Counted from the stretch's first letter, positions 7,959-17,937 are shown. The stretch is 64,000 bases of DNA from Thermodesulfobacteriota bacterium (GCA_963675595.2 CAXXLZ010000002.1:1632001-1696000); one strand, 5' to 3'. Translations and numbers: made by a program. Notes: a model not told the origin generated them from the sequence alone.

Positions 7959-9765
7959 CTAATGCAGTAATTTCAGCTGCTTATACGAAAAAGAAAGGTT
8001 TATGGCACTACGTTTTGGTGCTCCTGGAGAGTCTGTAAAGTGGGCGGCGGTTTGAGGCCAACGGCTTGGAAGATGCGGTAGGCGTCGCCTTGGAATTCCG
8101 TTCTGAGGAGGTAGGATTTTTCTGCGACCTGTAGATGGATGGCTTTGAAGGCGTCGAGGTCGAGCAGAACCTGGTCCCAAGGGATGTCGATTTCTTTGGT
8201 TTTGAGCTGTTTCTGCAGCGCGATCTTCAGGTATAGGGCCAGGAAGTTGCAGAAAATGTGACCTTGAACGCGTTGACACCGTTGATGGAACACGGGCCTG
8301 ACTTCCAGGGCGGATTTGAGGTCCCGGAAGGCTCTTTCCACCTGCCACAGTCGCTTGTAGGTGACCGCGACTTCATCGGCGGGAATGTCGGTACTGGTGA
8401 GGAGAACATACTTGCCGTCGAAGCGGGCGTCGTCCTTGACCTTGGCGGGATCGATGCGCACGGTTTCCCGGTCGAGTTTGATGAATTTCCTGAAGCCCTT
8501 GTTTCCCACCAGAGACTGGGGCCCCTGTTTTTTCAGGGTGGTTTTCAACTTTTCCACAAGGGCCGATCGGGTGGCCTCGTCTTTGGCTGCTTGGTCTTGG
8601 TTGTAGCAGAGGACGTAACGGCATCCGTTCAGATGAATCTCCTTGAACCACAAGGTGGGAGTGAGCGCTTGGTAGTAGCCCGGAGTGTCCACCACTTGGC
8701 CTCGGACATCCTGGTAACGGCGCATGGGGATGCCCACGATGTAGTCGATACCGGCACGCTCCAGTTCCACCAGATTGTCGACGCCGACCATACCGCGGTC
8801 GGAGACCAGGACCACGTTGTTCAGGGAGAACCGACGCTTGACCAGGGCGATGATGCGCTTGATGGTGGTAACGTCCGCCGTGTTGCCCTCCCAAAATTGA
8901 CAGGAAAGGGGATATCCCTTTCGGGACATGACGACGCCCACCAACACCTGTTTCCGATCGGGACGATGGTCCTTGGAGAACCCGTATCGAGCCAACTCGG
9001 CCGGCCCCCGGCCCTCGAAGTAGACCGAGGTGGTGTCGAAGAAAACGAGATCCACCCCGTAATCGAAGAGGTCGCGGCCCCGACGGAAAAGTTCCTTTTC
9101 GATTTCGGGCTGATACTCGGCCAGGAAGTCCATGGATCGATAAAGGTGCTGAAGCTCCAGGTCGTCGAAGCCTTCACCGTGGACGTTCTGAATCCAACGG
9201 CTCGCGGCGAGATCGGATCCCGGACGGACCAAGCGTTGGCAGACGCAGGCAAAGACCGCGCGCTCTAGATCGAAGCGATAATCGGAGCGAGAAGCGAGAG
9301 ATCGGAGTACCACATCGAGCCCCAAGGTCTTCCAGAGTTTCTCGATCACCAAAACGGTTCCCCAGGACTTGGCCCAGTCCGCCTTGACACTACCTTCCTT
9401 ATAGAGACTGATGACCTGATTCTGGGTGGAGAACTTGGCGAGACTGGTAAGAACTCCGTCCAAGGCACCCGATTCACGGAGCCTGTCGAGACGGCCCAGC
9501 GTGCATATAACTTTCTGTTTTACCTTCTTATCCTGGCGATAGTTCTCCACGATCTGAAGATATTCATGCTCGGATCCGCCGCTTTTGACCTTTTTGACGC
9601 GTGCAAACATGAAACAAATTGTACGGAATACAGGTCGGCGGAGTCAAGGAAAAAATCGGACATATTGGCACTACGTTTGGAGCCTCGGAAAAAGGCCAGC
9701 CTAATCATTTCGGTAAGTTAGGCGGGAGAGGCCCACTTTTTCACCCTCCAACTGTCAAAGATGAG
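7935..9765 (-). mobile_element. IS1634-family insertion sequence (1831 bp)
   Basis: Terminal IRs CTGATCTTTGACAGTT / AACTGTCAAAGATGAG; 5-bp target duplication TCAAG (7930-7934, 9766-9770); subterminal direct repeat TGGCACTACGTTT. Confidence 0.9.
8000..9610 (-). CDS. IS1634-family DDE transposase
   Basis: YLQIVENYR..KVKQKVICTLGRLD, VFFDTTSVYFEG, VSDRGM, YKRLWQVERAFRDLK. Confidence 0.95.
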   Translation of the reverse strand: MFARVKKVKSGGSEHEYLQIVENYRQDKKVKQKVICTLGRLDRLRESGALDGVLTSLAKFSTQNQVISLYKEGSVKADWAKSWGTVLVIEKLWKTLGLDVVLRSLASRSDYRFDLERAVFACVCQRLVRPGSDLAASRWIQNVHGEGFDDLELQHLYRSMDFLAEYQPEIEKELFRRGRDLFDYGVDLVFFDTTSVYFEGRGPAELARYGFSKDHRPDRKQVLVGVVMSRKGYPLSCQFWEGNTADVTTIKRIIALVKRRFSLNNVVLVSDRGMVGVDNLVELERAGIDYIVGIPMRRYQDVRGQVVDTPGYYQALTPTLWFKEIHLNGCRYVLCYNQDQAAKDEATRSALVEKLKTTLKKQGPQSLVGNKGFRKFIKLDRETVRIDPAKVKDDARFDGKYVLLTSTDIPADEVAVTYKRLWQVERAFRDLKSALEVRPVFHQRCQRVQGHIFCNFLALYLKIALQKQLKTKEIDIPWDQVLLDLDAFKAIHLQVAEKSYLLRTEFQGDAYRIFQAVGLKPPPTLQTLQEHQNVVP

Positions 9766-9803
9766 TCAAGGACGTGAACAAGATTCGACTCCGGAAATGA
9801 GGC

Positions 9804-9826
9804 AACCGTCGTCAGACGGTTTTTTT
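9804..9826 (+). terminator. Intrinsic terminator-like hairpin
   Basis: AACCGTC-GTCA-GACGGTT followed by a T run, right after the displaced DUF2958 stop. Confidence 0.6.
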
Positions 9827-9850
9827 GTCTCTTACGAAAGGAGAACGGTT

Positions 9851-10144
9851 ATGTGGTCAGTCGGGATCAACGAGAACGAGGCTCCGGTCTACGTCATCAT
9901 CAATCCCCGTCATCCGCTGGGGCCCATGGTGGTGGGTCAGGATGACCCGGTTGGATTCCGAGATCCGATTGAGGCGGTTTCAGAAGTCGGGGTCTTGCGA
10001 CAAAGGTTCGGCGGACATTTGATCCTTTGCATGGCTGTTCCGGTGGAGGAGCCGGTGGCCGGCAGAGGCAGGCTTGAGCAGTTCAACGAAGAAGCGGAAG
10101 CGGAGGGATTTCCCTACGAACTCGTGGAGGAGTATCTCTTCTAA
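9851..10144 (+). CDS. Hypothetical protein
   Basis: SD AAAGGAG before ATG 9851; 97 aa. Confidence 0.7.
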   Translation: MWSVGINENEAPVYVIINPRHPLGPMVVGQDDPVGFRDPIEAVSEVGVLRQRFGGHLILCMAVPVEEPVAGRGRLEQFNEEAEAEGFPYELVEEYLF

Positions 10145-10179
10145 ACAAAGAAGAAAGGAATCAAAGAGCATGGATGGCG

Positions 10180-10200
10180 GCGGCTTCGGCCGCTTTTTTT
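10180..10200 (+). terminator. Intrinsic terminator-like hairpin
   Basis: GCGGC-TTCG-GCCGC followed by T7. Confidence 0.6.
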
Positions 10201-10264
10201 GTGGGCTGTTTCCGGCCGTGAGCTGGAAGCGGCCTTTTCTATTTCTGAATGGTAGGAGAACGAC

Positions 10265-11188
10265 ATGGACATTTCGAGTTATCTCAAAGCCGGATATCCG
10301 GCGCTTTACATCATCACCCTGGAACCCGATCGAGCGGTCCGCTCCATTCGACCCGAAGGCTGGAGGACATTTTCCTGGGACTGCCAACGCGGCATCGTGG
10401 ATTTGCAGTCGGGCATGCGAACCGACGATTCCAGTGATCCATTGAGCAGTCTCAAGTGGCTCTCGGTAAAGGAGGACACGGTGCTCTTCGTCCACAACTT
10501 CCACCACTTCCTGGGTTCCGTGGAAATCATCCAGGAAATCCAGAACAGCCTGCCCTCATGGAAAGGCCAAGGGTGTTGTCTGGTCTTGGTGGGGCCTCAG
10601 GTGAGCCTGCCGGCGGAGCTGGAAAAGTACTTCACCATGTTGGACTTCGAACTTCCCGGGGCTTTGGAACTTCGACGGATTCAGGAAGAGCTCGGAGAAA
10701 GCGTCGGGATCGAAGCCGACGTGGAGGCTGTGGAGGCCGCCCTGGGGCTTACGGAGTTCGAGGCTGAGACTGCATTTGCCCGGTCTTTGGTGGAACGAAA
10801 ACGGTTCTGCAAGGAGATCGTTACCGAGCAGAAAAAGCAGATGATCAAACGTACGGGACTCATGGAGTTCTGGCCGCCGGTGTCCATCGAGGAAGTCGGA
10901 GGCCTCGATCTCTTGAAGGAGTACATCAACAACCGAAAGAAAGCCTTCGAGCCCGGCAATGATCATCTGCCAAGACCTAAAGCCTTGCTTTTGGTCGGGG
11001 TGCCGGGCTGCGGGAAATCGCTCTCCTGCAAGGCAGCGGCCTCGATCCTCGGATGGCCGCTCATCCGGTTGGATTTGTCCGCTTTGAAAGGTTCTCTCGT
11101 CGGCGAAAGCGAACGAAAAATGAGGCAAGCTACTGCAACGATTGATGCTTTCGGTAAAGCGGTGATCTGGTGCGATGAACTCGAAAAG
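10265..11188 (+). CDS. Ycf46-like AAA ATPase, exon 1
   Basis: VGGLDLLKEY, LLVGVPGCGKSLSCKA Walker A, GSLVGESE, IWCDELEK Walker B, ending at the intron 5' splice site. Confidence 0.9.
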
Positions 11189-13749
11189 GTGCGCCGTATT
11201 GGCGCCAGATAGGAGTGTGACGGAAGTCACCAAGATTACGGAAATATCCTGTACGCACCCAACTTATCTCTGACCAGCAATGGTCCTTGTCCCGAAAGGG
11301 AGGGGGGAGTGCAGCATGTTGGGAAAAGGCATCAAAGAAGGTAGCTACGACCAACGATGATGTCAGCGTAAGCCGTGTATGGTCAAGGCTAAACTGCTTG
11401 AACCCCAGTCCTCATGGCCGTAGCTCGGGCACTGGTGAAAGTAGCTGAAACGCCAGTCCGGACTGTATGTAGGCCCACTTTTCGACCTGCATATTCCGTC
11501 TGTCCGGCATGCCTTCGACGAGAAGGATAAAAGGGACGAACGGGAGACCTAACCACGGCGAATCTTTGATCTGGCGTAAATGCGGGATCGCCTAAGCTGG
11601 TCACGAGCACACGGCTCGGACCTGTATGGCGACGGAGTCTTCATAGTACCCAAGGTGGGCCTGTAATGGGTTCTGCAGATCTCGCAATTGCGGGATACGG
11701 ATATGGCTATAAGTCGGTGGCGACATCGACGAAGGGTCCTCTATCCGGGGGAAGGAAGACAGCTTATGCAACGTGTTCAACACTCTGAAAGGAGGATGTG
11801 CTGATGCTGTCCGCTACGACCATCAAGAGGTTGAACGCTCTTGGAAAACTCTCCAAGCAGGGGAAACGTGTTAACGGCCTATTTCGGCTCATGGAAAACC
11901 CGACTTTATGGGAAGACGCCTACGCCAATATCTATTCAAACAAAGGTGCTATGACGAAGGGCGTGGACGGCGTGACCCTGGACGGCTTTTCCGATGAGCG
12001 GGCAAAGAACATTATTAAGCTGCTCAAAGACGGTCGTTACAAGTTCAAACCATCAAAACGCGTTTACATCCCCAAGGCCAACGGTAAGTTGCGACCCTTG
12101 GGCATACCTTCCGGAGATGACAAGCTGATCCAGGAAGTGACACGAGCGATTCTGGAACGAATCTACGAGCCGATCTTTTCTGATCGCTCGCATGGATTTC
12201 GTCCGGAAAGATCGTGTCATACCGCTTTGCGGTATCTTCAGAAATACTGGACCGGCGTTAAGTGGATCATCGACATGGATATCCGGGGTTTCTTCGACAA
12301 TATCGACCATAAGGTGTTGATAAGACTGTTGGAGAAACGGATTGACGACAGGCGTTTCATCAATCTCATCAAGGCCATGCTTAAGGCCGGCTATATTGAT
12401 GATTGGAAATACCATGCCACGTATAGTGGAACTCCTCAAGGTGGAATTATTTCCCCGATCCTAGCCAATATTTACCTTCATGAGCTCGACGAGTTCATGG
12501 AAAGTCTGGTTCAGGAATTCAACAAGGGAAAGCGAAGACGCCGGAACGAAGAGTATCTCCGCTATCAGTATCTGGTCCGTCGTCAAAGGATAAGGTTCGC
12601 CCGGGCTCAGCAGGCTGGGGAGACCGAAAAGCTCAAAGAAATAGAAGCCGAACTTCGGGAACATTGCAGGATGCGACGTTTAGTCCCTTCCTTGGATTTC
12701 CATGACGAAGGTTACAAGAGACTGATGTATATCCGGTACGCCGATGATTTTCTCATCGGCATGATCGGCTCCAAGGAGGATTGCAGGCAGGTCATGCAGA
12801 CTGTTCGTGGTTTTGTCCAAGAACATTTGCGCCTGCAGATCTCCGAAGAGAAATCAGGCCTCCGTCATTGTACTGAGGAAACGCGCTTCCTCGGGTATGA
12901 CATCACAACCTACCCGGTGGGAAAATCGGTCAAGGTAAAACTTGGCGGGACCTACACGACCAGGAGGCTTGGGGCTGGTCGAATCCAGCTTAAAGTCCCA
13001 AGCGATAAGATGGCGGCGTTCTGCAAGAAGAACGGATATGGCAACTATGAGAACTTTGAAGTCATGCCCCGACTTAACTTGGTCAACCTAATGGATACAC
13101 AAATCCTCACGATTTACAACGCGGAGTTGAGGGGCTTTGCCAATTACTATGTTCTCGCTCAAGGGGCAGTTCGGGCATTGCAGAAACTGCAGTCCGTCTG
13201 GTTCCGAAGTTTGACGAGAACATTCGCCCGAAAACACCGCTGCAGCAAGAGAACAGTGAGGAGGCGTCTGAAGGTTGAACCGGGGGAATACGCTATTACC
13301 GAATGGTACCATGGGAAATTACGCACCACTCGGCTCTTCAGGTTGAAGGACCTCAAATTTTACCGCTCTTCCCTGTTGCAGAATCTCGACAGTGTACCCA
13401 ATACAAAGAAGTATCGGGCCACGTACTCTGATATCCTTTCTCGTTTGAGGGCTCAGAAATGCGAGTTCTGCGGGCGTGCAGGCGGCTACTTTGAGGTGCA
13501 CCACGCCGGGAGTATGAGTGCCGTTGCTGATGGCAACGAACCATGGAAAGAGCTGATGCGTGAACGCAATCGGAAAACCCTGGTCTTGTGCGTTCACTGC
13601 CATCGGCAACTCCATGACGGGACTCTGCCTGACCTGAGATTTCCAGGTAAGTGTAAGTAGAGAGCCGTATGCGGTGAAAGCCGCACGTACGGTTCGGAGG
13701 GGGGTGGCGGCTTAGCCTGCTTCTGCAGGAGGGCCGCTGCCTACCCTAC
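11189..13749 (+). mobile_element. Group II intron (IIA/ML, Ll.LtrB-like class), 2561 nt
   Basis: 5' end GTGCG; domain V GAGCCGTATGCGGTGAAAGCCGCACGTACGGTTC at ~13662; domain VI ending CCCTAC; EBS1 CTTTTCGA (11478-11485) in a hairpin loop pairs with exon end TCGAAAAG; removal restores the reading frame. Confidence 0.95.
11798..13660 (+). CDS. ltrA: Group II intron reverse transcriptase/maturase with HNH endonuclease
   Basis: RPLGIPS..DK, SHGFRPERSCH, GTPQGGIISPILANIYL, YIRYADD, X domain, CEFCG..EVHH..LCVHCHRQLH. Confidence 0.95.
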   Translation: MLMLSATTIKRLNALGKLSKQGKRVNGLFRLMENPTLWEDAYANIYSNKGAMTKGVDGVTLDGFSDERAKNIIKLLKDGRYKFKPSKRVYIPKANGKLRPLGIPSGDDKLIQEVTRAILERIYEPIFSDRSHGFRPERSCHTALRYLQKYWTGVKWIIDMDIRGFFDNIDHKVLIRLLEKRIDDRRFINLIKAMLKAGYIDDWKYHATYSGTPQGGIISPILANIYLHELDEFMESLVQEFNKGKRRRRNEEYLRYQYLVRRQRIRFARAQQAGETEKLKEIEAELREHCRMRRLVPSLDFHDEGYKRLMYIRYADDFLIGMIGSKEDCRQVMQTVRGFVQEHLRLQISEEKSGLRHCTEETRFLGYDITTYPVGKSVKVKLGGTYTTRRLGAGRIQLKVPSDKMAAFCKKNGYGNYENFEVMPRLNLVNLMDTQILTIYNAELRGFANYYVLAQGAVRALQKLQSVWFRSLTRTFARKHRCSKRTVRRRLKVEPGEYAITEWYHGKLRTTRLFRLKDLKFYRSSLLQNLDSVPNTKKYRATYSDILSRLRAQKCEFCGRAGGYFEVHHAGSMSAVADGNEPWKELMRERNRKTLVLCVHCHRQLHDGTLPDLRFPGKCK

Positions 13750-14232
13750 GTGCTGTCCGGAGTCAAAAGTTCGGGAATCTCGGACGGTGGGACCACCTCG
13801 TCCATGTTCGGGCATCTGCTCTTGTGGCTTCAAGAGACTACCAGTCCGATTCTGGTCATGGCAACCGCTAATGCTATCTCGGGGCTGCCGCCTGAGTTTA
13901 TGCGATCGGGAAGGTTTGATGCCCTCTTTTTCGTGGATATCCCGAACAAAAGCGAGCGCGAAGCCATCATCGAAATCATGAATAAACGATACGGTTCGGA
14001 AATACCTTCCGAGTATGCAGCTGAACTCACTGAATGGACAGGCGCTGAGATCGAGCAATTGGCGAAAGATTCGCTCTTTGACGGCCTGGAAAACGCCCGT
14101 GATGCCATTGTTCCGCTTTCGAAAACCATGAAGGAGCAGCTCTCAGCGCTCCGGGATTGGGCTGAGACTCGGGCGAGGAGAGCGAGCCGAAGCGACGAAG
14201 AACCCGTGAAAACGATTCGGAGGATACGATGA
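13750..14232 (+). CDS. Ycf46-like AAA ATPase, exon 2
   Basis: Spliced junction reads DELEK|VLSGVKSSG.SDGGT; ATAN..LPPEFMRSGRFD, TGAEIEQ; spliced product 468 aa. Confidence 0.9.
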   Translation: MLSGVKSSGISDGGTTSSMFGHLLLWLQETTSPILVMATANAISGLPPEFMRSGRFDALFFVDIPNKSEREAIIEIMNKRYGSEIPSEYAAELTEWTGAEIEQLAKDSLFDGLENARDAIVPLSKTMKEQLSALRDWAETRARRASRSDEEPVKTIRRIR

Positions 14233-14600
14233 GTCATATCGTTAAAATCGAACTCGAAGTAAAGGACCTCGCTGTCCTGAAGTCTGCGTGTAATCGGCTG
14301 GGTCTGATGTTCCTCGAAGGCAGGAAAGAGTTCCGGTGGTACGGAAACAACGCAGCGTGCGAGCATGCCATTCGATTGCCCGGTGCGGATTATGAAATCG
14401 GCGTTCAGAGGATGGATGACAGGTATGAACTTCAGTGCGACTTCTACGACCCTAACGTGGAAAAAGCAATCGGCGTAAACGGAGGACTGTTGAAGCAGGC
14501 CTACGCAGTGGAGAAGACCCGGACCGAAGCTCGGCGTAAAGGCTACACGGTGATCGAAAAGAAAACCGAAAATGCAATCCGGCTCCACGTCCGGATGTAG
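14229..14600 (+). CDS. DUF1257 (Ycf35-like) protein
   Basis: MSHIVKIELEVKDLAVLKSACNRLG...YEIGV...LKQAYAVE..EARRKGY. Confidence 0.85.
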   Translation: MSHIVKIELEVKDLAVLKSACNRLGLMFLEGRKEFRWYGNNAACEHAIRLPGADYEIGVQRMDDRYELQCDFYDPNVEKAIGVNGGLLKQAYAVEKTRTEARRKGYTVIEKKTENAIRLHVRM

Positions 14601-14609
14601 GAGGCTGTG

Positions 14610-14807
14610 ATGAAGGAAATCATTGTTGAAGTGTCCATGGATGGCGAGATCAAGCTCGAAACCCGAGGGTTCAAGGGCAAGGCTTGTATCGAGGAATCGA
14701 AATTCCTGAAGGATTTGCTTGGAAGAGAAACCGCCCAAAGCCTGACTCCAGCGTACTACGAGGAGGAGAAAGAAGCGGTGAAGAAGTATCTGCCGCTTTG
14801 CGGCTGA
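14610..14807 (+). CDS. DUF2997 protein
   Basis: IIVEVSMDGEIKLETRGFKGKACIEESKFL..LG......TPAYY; SD AGGAGG. Confidence 0.85.
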   Translation: MKEIIVEVSMDGEIKLETRGFKGKACIEESKFLKDLLGRETAQSLTPAYYEEEKEAVKKYLPLCG

Positions 14808-14843
14808 CGTTTGGCAGACACTGTAATCACAAATCAACACATG

Positions 14844-14883
14844 CCCCGGTTTCCGTTACTCGGAGATCGGGGTTTTCTTTTTT
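14844..14883 (+). terminator. Intrinsic terminator-like hairpin directly upstream of an SD
   Basis: CCCCGGTTTCCG-TTACT-CGGAGATCGGGG followed by a T-rich tract. Confidence 0.55.
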
Positions 14884-14899
14884 CTGAAAGGAGACGGCG

Positions 14900-15772
14900 A
14901 TGGAAAACATCTTCGAAAAAGGATGCCTGGTGCAACTCTCCATCAGCATGTGGGGAGCGAGAAGAAAGATCGATCAGGGAAAACTCGCTCAAATGACCAC
15001 GAACCACGAGTGGCTTCATGCAACGAAAAAGCTCGTGGACCCGGAAAGCCTGAAACCCATTGCAAAGTTGGCCGGTAATTCCCGGCTCTACCTCACATCG
15101 GTCAGTCTGCCCTTCCCCATCCACGGCATGATGTTCGTGCCGAAAGACTTGATCTCCGAAGTGGACGAGAAGTTGCGGGAGCTTCAATCTGAGTTCGGTT
15201 ACCTCGTGAACGATTTTGCCTCACGGTATCCGGTGCTCAGGGACTCGGCCATTGCGTACCTCGGTGACCTGTTCAATGAGCAGGATTATCCGATGGACAT
15301 CCGAAGGCGGTTTTCCTTCGAGTGGCGGTTTGTGGCCCTTGATGTCCCGAACGGCAGGTTCGGTCTCCTGGCGCCGGAAGTGTATGAGCGCGAAAAGCGA
15401 AAGTTCATCCAAACCATGGAAGAGGCCAGGGAGCTTGCCGTGCAGAGCCTTCGAGAGGAGTTCGCCGACCTTGTGGGGCACATCTGCGAGCGGTTCAGTA
15501 TCGGGCCGGACGGCGAAGCCAAGAAGTTCAAGGGATCGACGGTGACGAACTTCTACGAGTTCTTCGAACACTTCAAGCAACGAAACGTCTTCGACGACAA
15601 TGGCTTGGCGGAACTCGTGCAGCAGGCGGAGTCGGTGCTCGACGGAAGGTCGCCTGAGTCCATTCGCGAAAGCGGTTACCTCAAGAACCGGATTCGGGAA
15701 GCGATGGCTTCCGTGCATGACCAAGTGCGGGAACTGGTGAACCAGCCGCGGCGAAAGATCGTCCTGGATTAG
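14900..15772 (+). CDS. DUF3150-like protein
   Basis: CLVQLSISMWGARRK, KKLVDPESL, SLPFPIHG..FVP, FNEQDYP; SD AAAGGAG. Confidence 0.65.
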   Translation: MENIFEKGCLVQLSISMWGARRKIDQGKLAQMTTNHEWLHATKKLVDPESLKPIAKLAGNSRLYLTSVSLPFPIHGMMFVPKDLISEVDEKLRELQSEFGYLVNDFASRYPVLRDSAIAYLGDLFNEQDYPMDIRRRFSFEWRFVALDVPNGRFGLLAPEVYEREKRKFIQTMEEARELAVQSLREEFADLVGHICERFSIGPDGEAKKFKGSTVTNFYEFFEHFKQRNVFDDNGLAELVQQAESVLDGRSPESIRESGYLKNRIREAMASVHDQVRELVNQPRRKIVLD

Positions 15773-16020
15773 GACCTGAAACCGAGGCTTCGGGGACCTC
15801 GTTCCCCGGAGCCGCAAGGCAAGTCCTTGTTTTCCAGACGGTCGATGGTTCTCGCTTGTGCTTCGCATCAAGACATCAAGGGAGATTTTTGATTCCGGGC
15901 AACACGCTCGTCTGTTTGGACGGATTATACCAGTAGGGACGGTGATGGCGCGCTCTTGTCCGCAGGAAATATCGATGACCAACGCATGGCCCGGATCGTT
16001 GCCTCAACTGGGCAAGTCCG

Positions 16021-16038
16021 CTCGACAGGTTTAAATAC
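16021..16038 (+). promoter_or_regulatory. Archaeal-type BRE-TATA-like motif
   Basis: CTCGACAGGTTTAAATAC; TATA starts at 16030, 30 nt before ATG 16060. Confidence 0.4.
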
Positions 16039-16215
16039 AGGAAGCGCGTAATATGCAGCATGGAAAGGTATTCATTGGATCCCGAGCCTTCGCCCACGAT
16101 ATCGGACTGGTGGCGGGCCAGGGAGAGAAGCAAGGACGGGTTTGTAATGTTTTTCTAAAACACGGAAGCCGGCATTGGGAACTGCAAAATCAGTCATCGT
16201 CATAGAAACACAACT

Positions 16216-16491
16216 ATGGAGAATTCAAAACAACAGGAGGAAGTCATGGGAAGGAATCGTGGGACAGAGTGCGAAGAGCAACTCGAAACAATGGACGATG
16301 AATTGTTGGAGGATAGCGAAGCCCAATACGAACGAAAGTCCGATCCTTTCTTCTGGTTGGCCGCAAATATCGAGAAAGTCTTCAGTCGACCCTCGGAGAC
16401 GGAATCGGTCACCGAAGACCAGTCCGATTCTGCGGTCGAGACTACCGGAAAGCCGGGGTCCAAGAAGAAGAAAAAGAAGAAGAGGATTTGA
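16216..16491 (+). CDS. Hypothetical acidic protein with poly-Lys C-terminus
   Basis: 91 aa ORF, plausible composition, no recognised domain. Confidence 0.45.
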   Translation: MENSKQQEEVMGRNRGTECEEQLETMDDELLEDSEAQYERKSDPFFWLAANIEKVFSRPSETESVTEDQSDSAVETTGKPGSKKKKKKKRI

Positions 16492-16699
16492 CTCGAAGAG
16501 ATGGGGATTGCCTTTTGGGGCTATGCGAGCCCCTCCTCATTGTGAGATCGCCGGAGTGAAATCAGCGTGGGACCTTGGCTTCAAGAGTCCTCGTCTGGGG
16601 ATAGTTGTATTGACAAGACCCACTTTAACGGACAGCGGCTCCTGATTCTCGAACTTCTGTCTTCGTTCGCTCCGGAAAATTAAATAAGTTGCTGAAACC

Positions 16700-17914
16700 T
16701 CAGGCATTGAGATTATCCGGGGTTAATGTGAATCTCTTTATCAGCTCCTGAATGCGGGATTGGTATTTGGCAACGTGCTGGCGTATCGTGGGCGTCCGCA
16801 GGAGTTGTTCTATGGTATCACGGGTGCAAGCATCGTATTTGGACATGATGCGTACGAACTCGACTGTGTAATCGACGCTCATTTTGAGTAGAGACCGACG
16901 GGCATCGTTGATTTGTTGGGGCTCAGTGGGCATCCACTTGGCACCGTGTTTGGCCAGAATGTCAATCATTCTAAGCGCTTCACGCGAACTATCTGAATCG
17001 ATATCTCTGTTATTGCGCTCGCGATCGAACCTATCATAGTCAAAGGACCATTGCATGGACTCTATGCAGTTCTGGATCAAGGACGATCCATGATCCTTTT
17101 GATCAATCGGGGTGAATCCCTGATCAAGTAATTCAACCAGGAAATCTGCTTTGTCCGCCCTGCAGGCAGTTCGCAGCAAGTCAATGGCAATTGGATGATC
17201 AGGGGATATCCTGATTTTTCTCAGTTTGAAAACCTCAAAATGCTGGTACAGTGCAGCGTACTCCAAGGCGCATAAATCTTCGTCCGGGTCTGGATCCAAG
17301 TCAGGTGAGTCCGGCCCCTTGGCAAACGGATCCGCACCGGCCCATAACAGCAATGACACCCATTTTAGGTTCCTTTCCTTGCAGTGATGACGTAATGCCA
17401 TGTTCACCTGATCCTGAAAGCTGGGGAAGCGGTCTTTGTGTCGTTTGAACACTCCCAAGGCAGTCCGGATTCTCCAGCACAGCGCCCTTGCCAGCGGATA
17501 ACCGGTTTCGACATCGGCGCCCTGATCAATGAAATATTCCATGATTGCTGGTTCCCATGAGTCAAACACCCGAGTCATTTTCACCGACCGGACGTCAGCG
17601 CCGTTTTCCACCAAAAGCTCGATCAAATCCAAGCGGCGCTTGCCCACTCCCTGCTCAAGGGCATTGTAGGACCCATCCTGAACGATCGCTCCCCCTTCGA
17701 GCAGCACCTGCACAAGGCTGTGAAAACCTTTTTCGATGGAGACCTGCAGTGGGCAATTCTTTCGAGCGTTTATTGGAGACGGAGGCGGCAGATTGATTGG
17801 TTTTCCGTCCATGATCCAGGCTTGCACATCAAACAGCCGGCCAGCCTTGCACAGATCGATTAGCGGTTTGACTTCATCGTAATCTTTGGCTCTTTTCCCC
17901 AAGCAAATTACCAT
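16700..17914 (-). CDS. Ankyrin-repeat-like protein
   Basis: 404 aa; CPLQVSIEKGFHSLVQVLLEGGA, LIELLVENGADV, WVSLLLWAGADP. Confidence 0.7.
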   Translation of the reverse strand: MVICLGKRAKDYDEVKPLIDLCKAGRLFDVQAWIMDGKPINLPPPSPINARKNCPLQVSIEKGFHSLVQVLLEGGAIVQDGSYNALEQGVGKRRLDLIELLVENGADVRSVKMTRVFDSWEPAIMEYFIDQGADVETGYPLARALCWRIRTALGVFKRHKDRFPSFQDQVNMALRHHCKERNLKWVSLLLWAGADPFAKGPDSPDLDPDPDEDLCALEYAALYQHFEVFKLRKIRISPDHPIAIDLLRTACRADKADFLVELLDQGFTPIDQKDHGSSLIQNCIESMQWSFDYDRFDRERNNRDIDSDSSREALRMIDILAKHGAKWMPTEPQQINDARRSLLKMSVDYTVEFVRIMSKYDACTRDTIEQLLRTPTIRQHVAKYQSRIQELIKRFTLTPDNLNA

Positions 17915-17937
17915 CTGTTCAGACTATGGAATGATCT

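Noticed and set aside
8258-9268. Long antisense ORFs (also 6316-7134, 13830-14840, 42949-43803, 62298-63104)
   Set aside because: They lie opposite genes with recognisable motifs or better context, which is typical of GC-rich coding DNA
11798-13660. Reverse transcriptase as a retron, DGR or defence RT
   Set aside because: It has maturase and HNH domains and lies within canonical group II intron boundaries
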